A DNA stretch of 64,000 nt. It comes from Balanoglossus misakiensis (lineage: Eukaryota; Animalia; Hemichordata). The number at the start of each line of letters is the position of its first letter. Within the stretch, counting starts at the first letter, position 1. The DNA lies in assembly GCA_040954595.2 (NCBI GenBank), contig CM082589.2, forward strand, positions 2,101,498 through 2,165,497. Direction: 5' to 3'. The notes under the pieces are model-generated. The model was not told where the DNA came from and did not search any database. It saw only the letters and a program-made list of their open reading frames with translations. Position numbers and translations under genes: made by a program. Below are positions 63,201 to 64,000 of this stretch, piece by piece.

Positions 63201-64000
63201 TCGCATTCATAGCTGCCTCCAAGGACCGAGTGGTATCGGGGTCACAGGTTAAGTGGAACCACTGGCCGTGCCTAATGTAATATGGCGTAGGCCGTATAAC
63301 AGACCACCTTGAAGGGCTGTTATTTGTAAAAAGGGCAACAATCTCCATACTTTCTGAAGTCTACACATTGGCCAAGAGAATTCGATCGAGTAGTAAACCA
63401 GCAAAAGGTCCCACGTACTTTCCATGACAAACAAGCCATTAATGTATAGTTTATAAATCTAAGTGCTGCTTTATAAAAGTATGTAAAAAGCATTAATGTT
63501 TTACTGGGTTTTAATTTAGTTATTCTTCGCTGATTGATAAAAATCGACTAAATTAAATCCCAAGTGATTGAAATGTAAAACTTCAATAGAACTCCATGGG
63601 AAAATCCATGAATTTAGAATCCAAAGAATGAACCCGAAACATCAAAACAGTGTTACTACGGGTACATTCAAAGGAAAAGTAATGCTGTACATACAACAAC
63701 ACCAATCAACTTTAAGCGTGGTATCGCAAAGACATTTTGCGTGATTGTTACTCATTCGATAGGTTCAGAACCAAGAGTAGACATCAGAAAACATAAAGAC
63801 AGAAAAGGGCCGTTTAGGAATAAAAGTGAAGGGGTCGTCGCGCCGCGTTTGTTTATAAACATTACAATTCATCCACAACAATTAGATCATTCTTAGAATG
63901 AACGAAGCAGCTAACTGTAGTGTAGACATTGCAGCAACTGAAGATCCTAGTAGGTCGTGGCGACTGCAGTGGGGTTTGCGCTGGTATGGGAGGGCATATT

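Overview
Animal genomic DNA, AT-rich (roughly 40% GC by eye) with spliceosomal GT-AG introns. An invertebrate deuterostome such as a hemichordate or echinoderm is my inference. Two protein-coding genes are supported, arranged tail-to-tail. (1) The last 13 coding exons (101-5081, +) of an ENPP1/2/3-type ectonucleotide pyrophosphatase/phosphodiesterase, reconstructed by hand: all splice phases are compatible, giving 484 aa plus TAG. (2) A single-exon 619-aa aminergic GPCR of the histamine H3/H4 family (10314-12173, -). The remaining ~52 kb (12.3-64 kb) has no recognisable coding gene and probably holds the receptor's 5' UTR intron(s) and regulatory region. It contains a clear minus-strand acceptor at 12325, a candidate TATA+Inr first exon near 52.8 kb, a candidate exon at 60.1-60.2 kb, motif clusters (RFX/CRE, posterior-Hox-like), microsatellites, and a 1027-bp 47-mer minisatellite with a 490-bp higher-order repeat. 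I found no CRISPR array, intact tRNA/rRNA or autonomous transposon, and I cannot support a claim of a new biological system. The best leads are the H3/H4-type receptor with its uORF-containing leader and the structured minisatellite.
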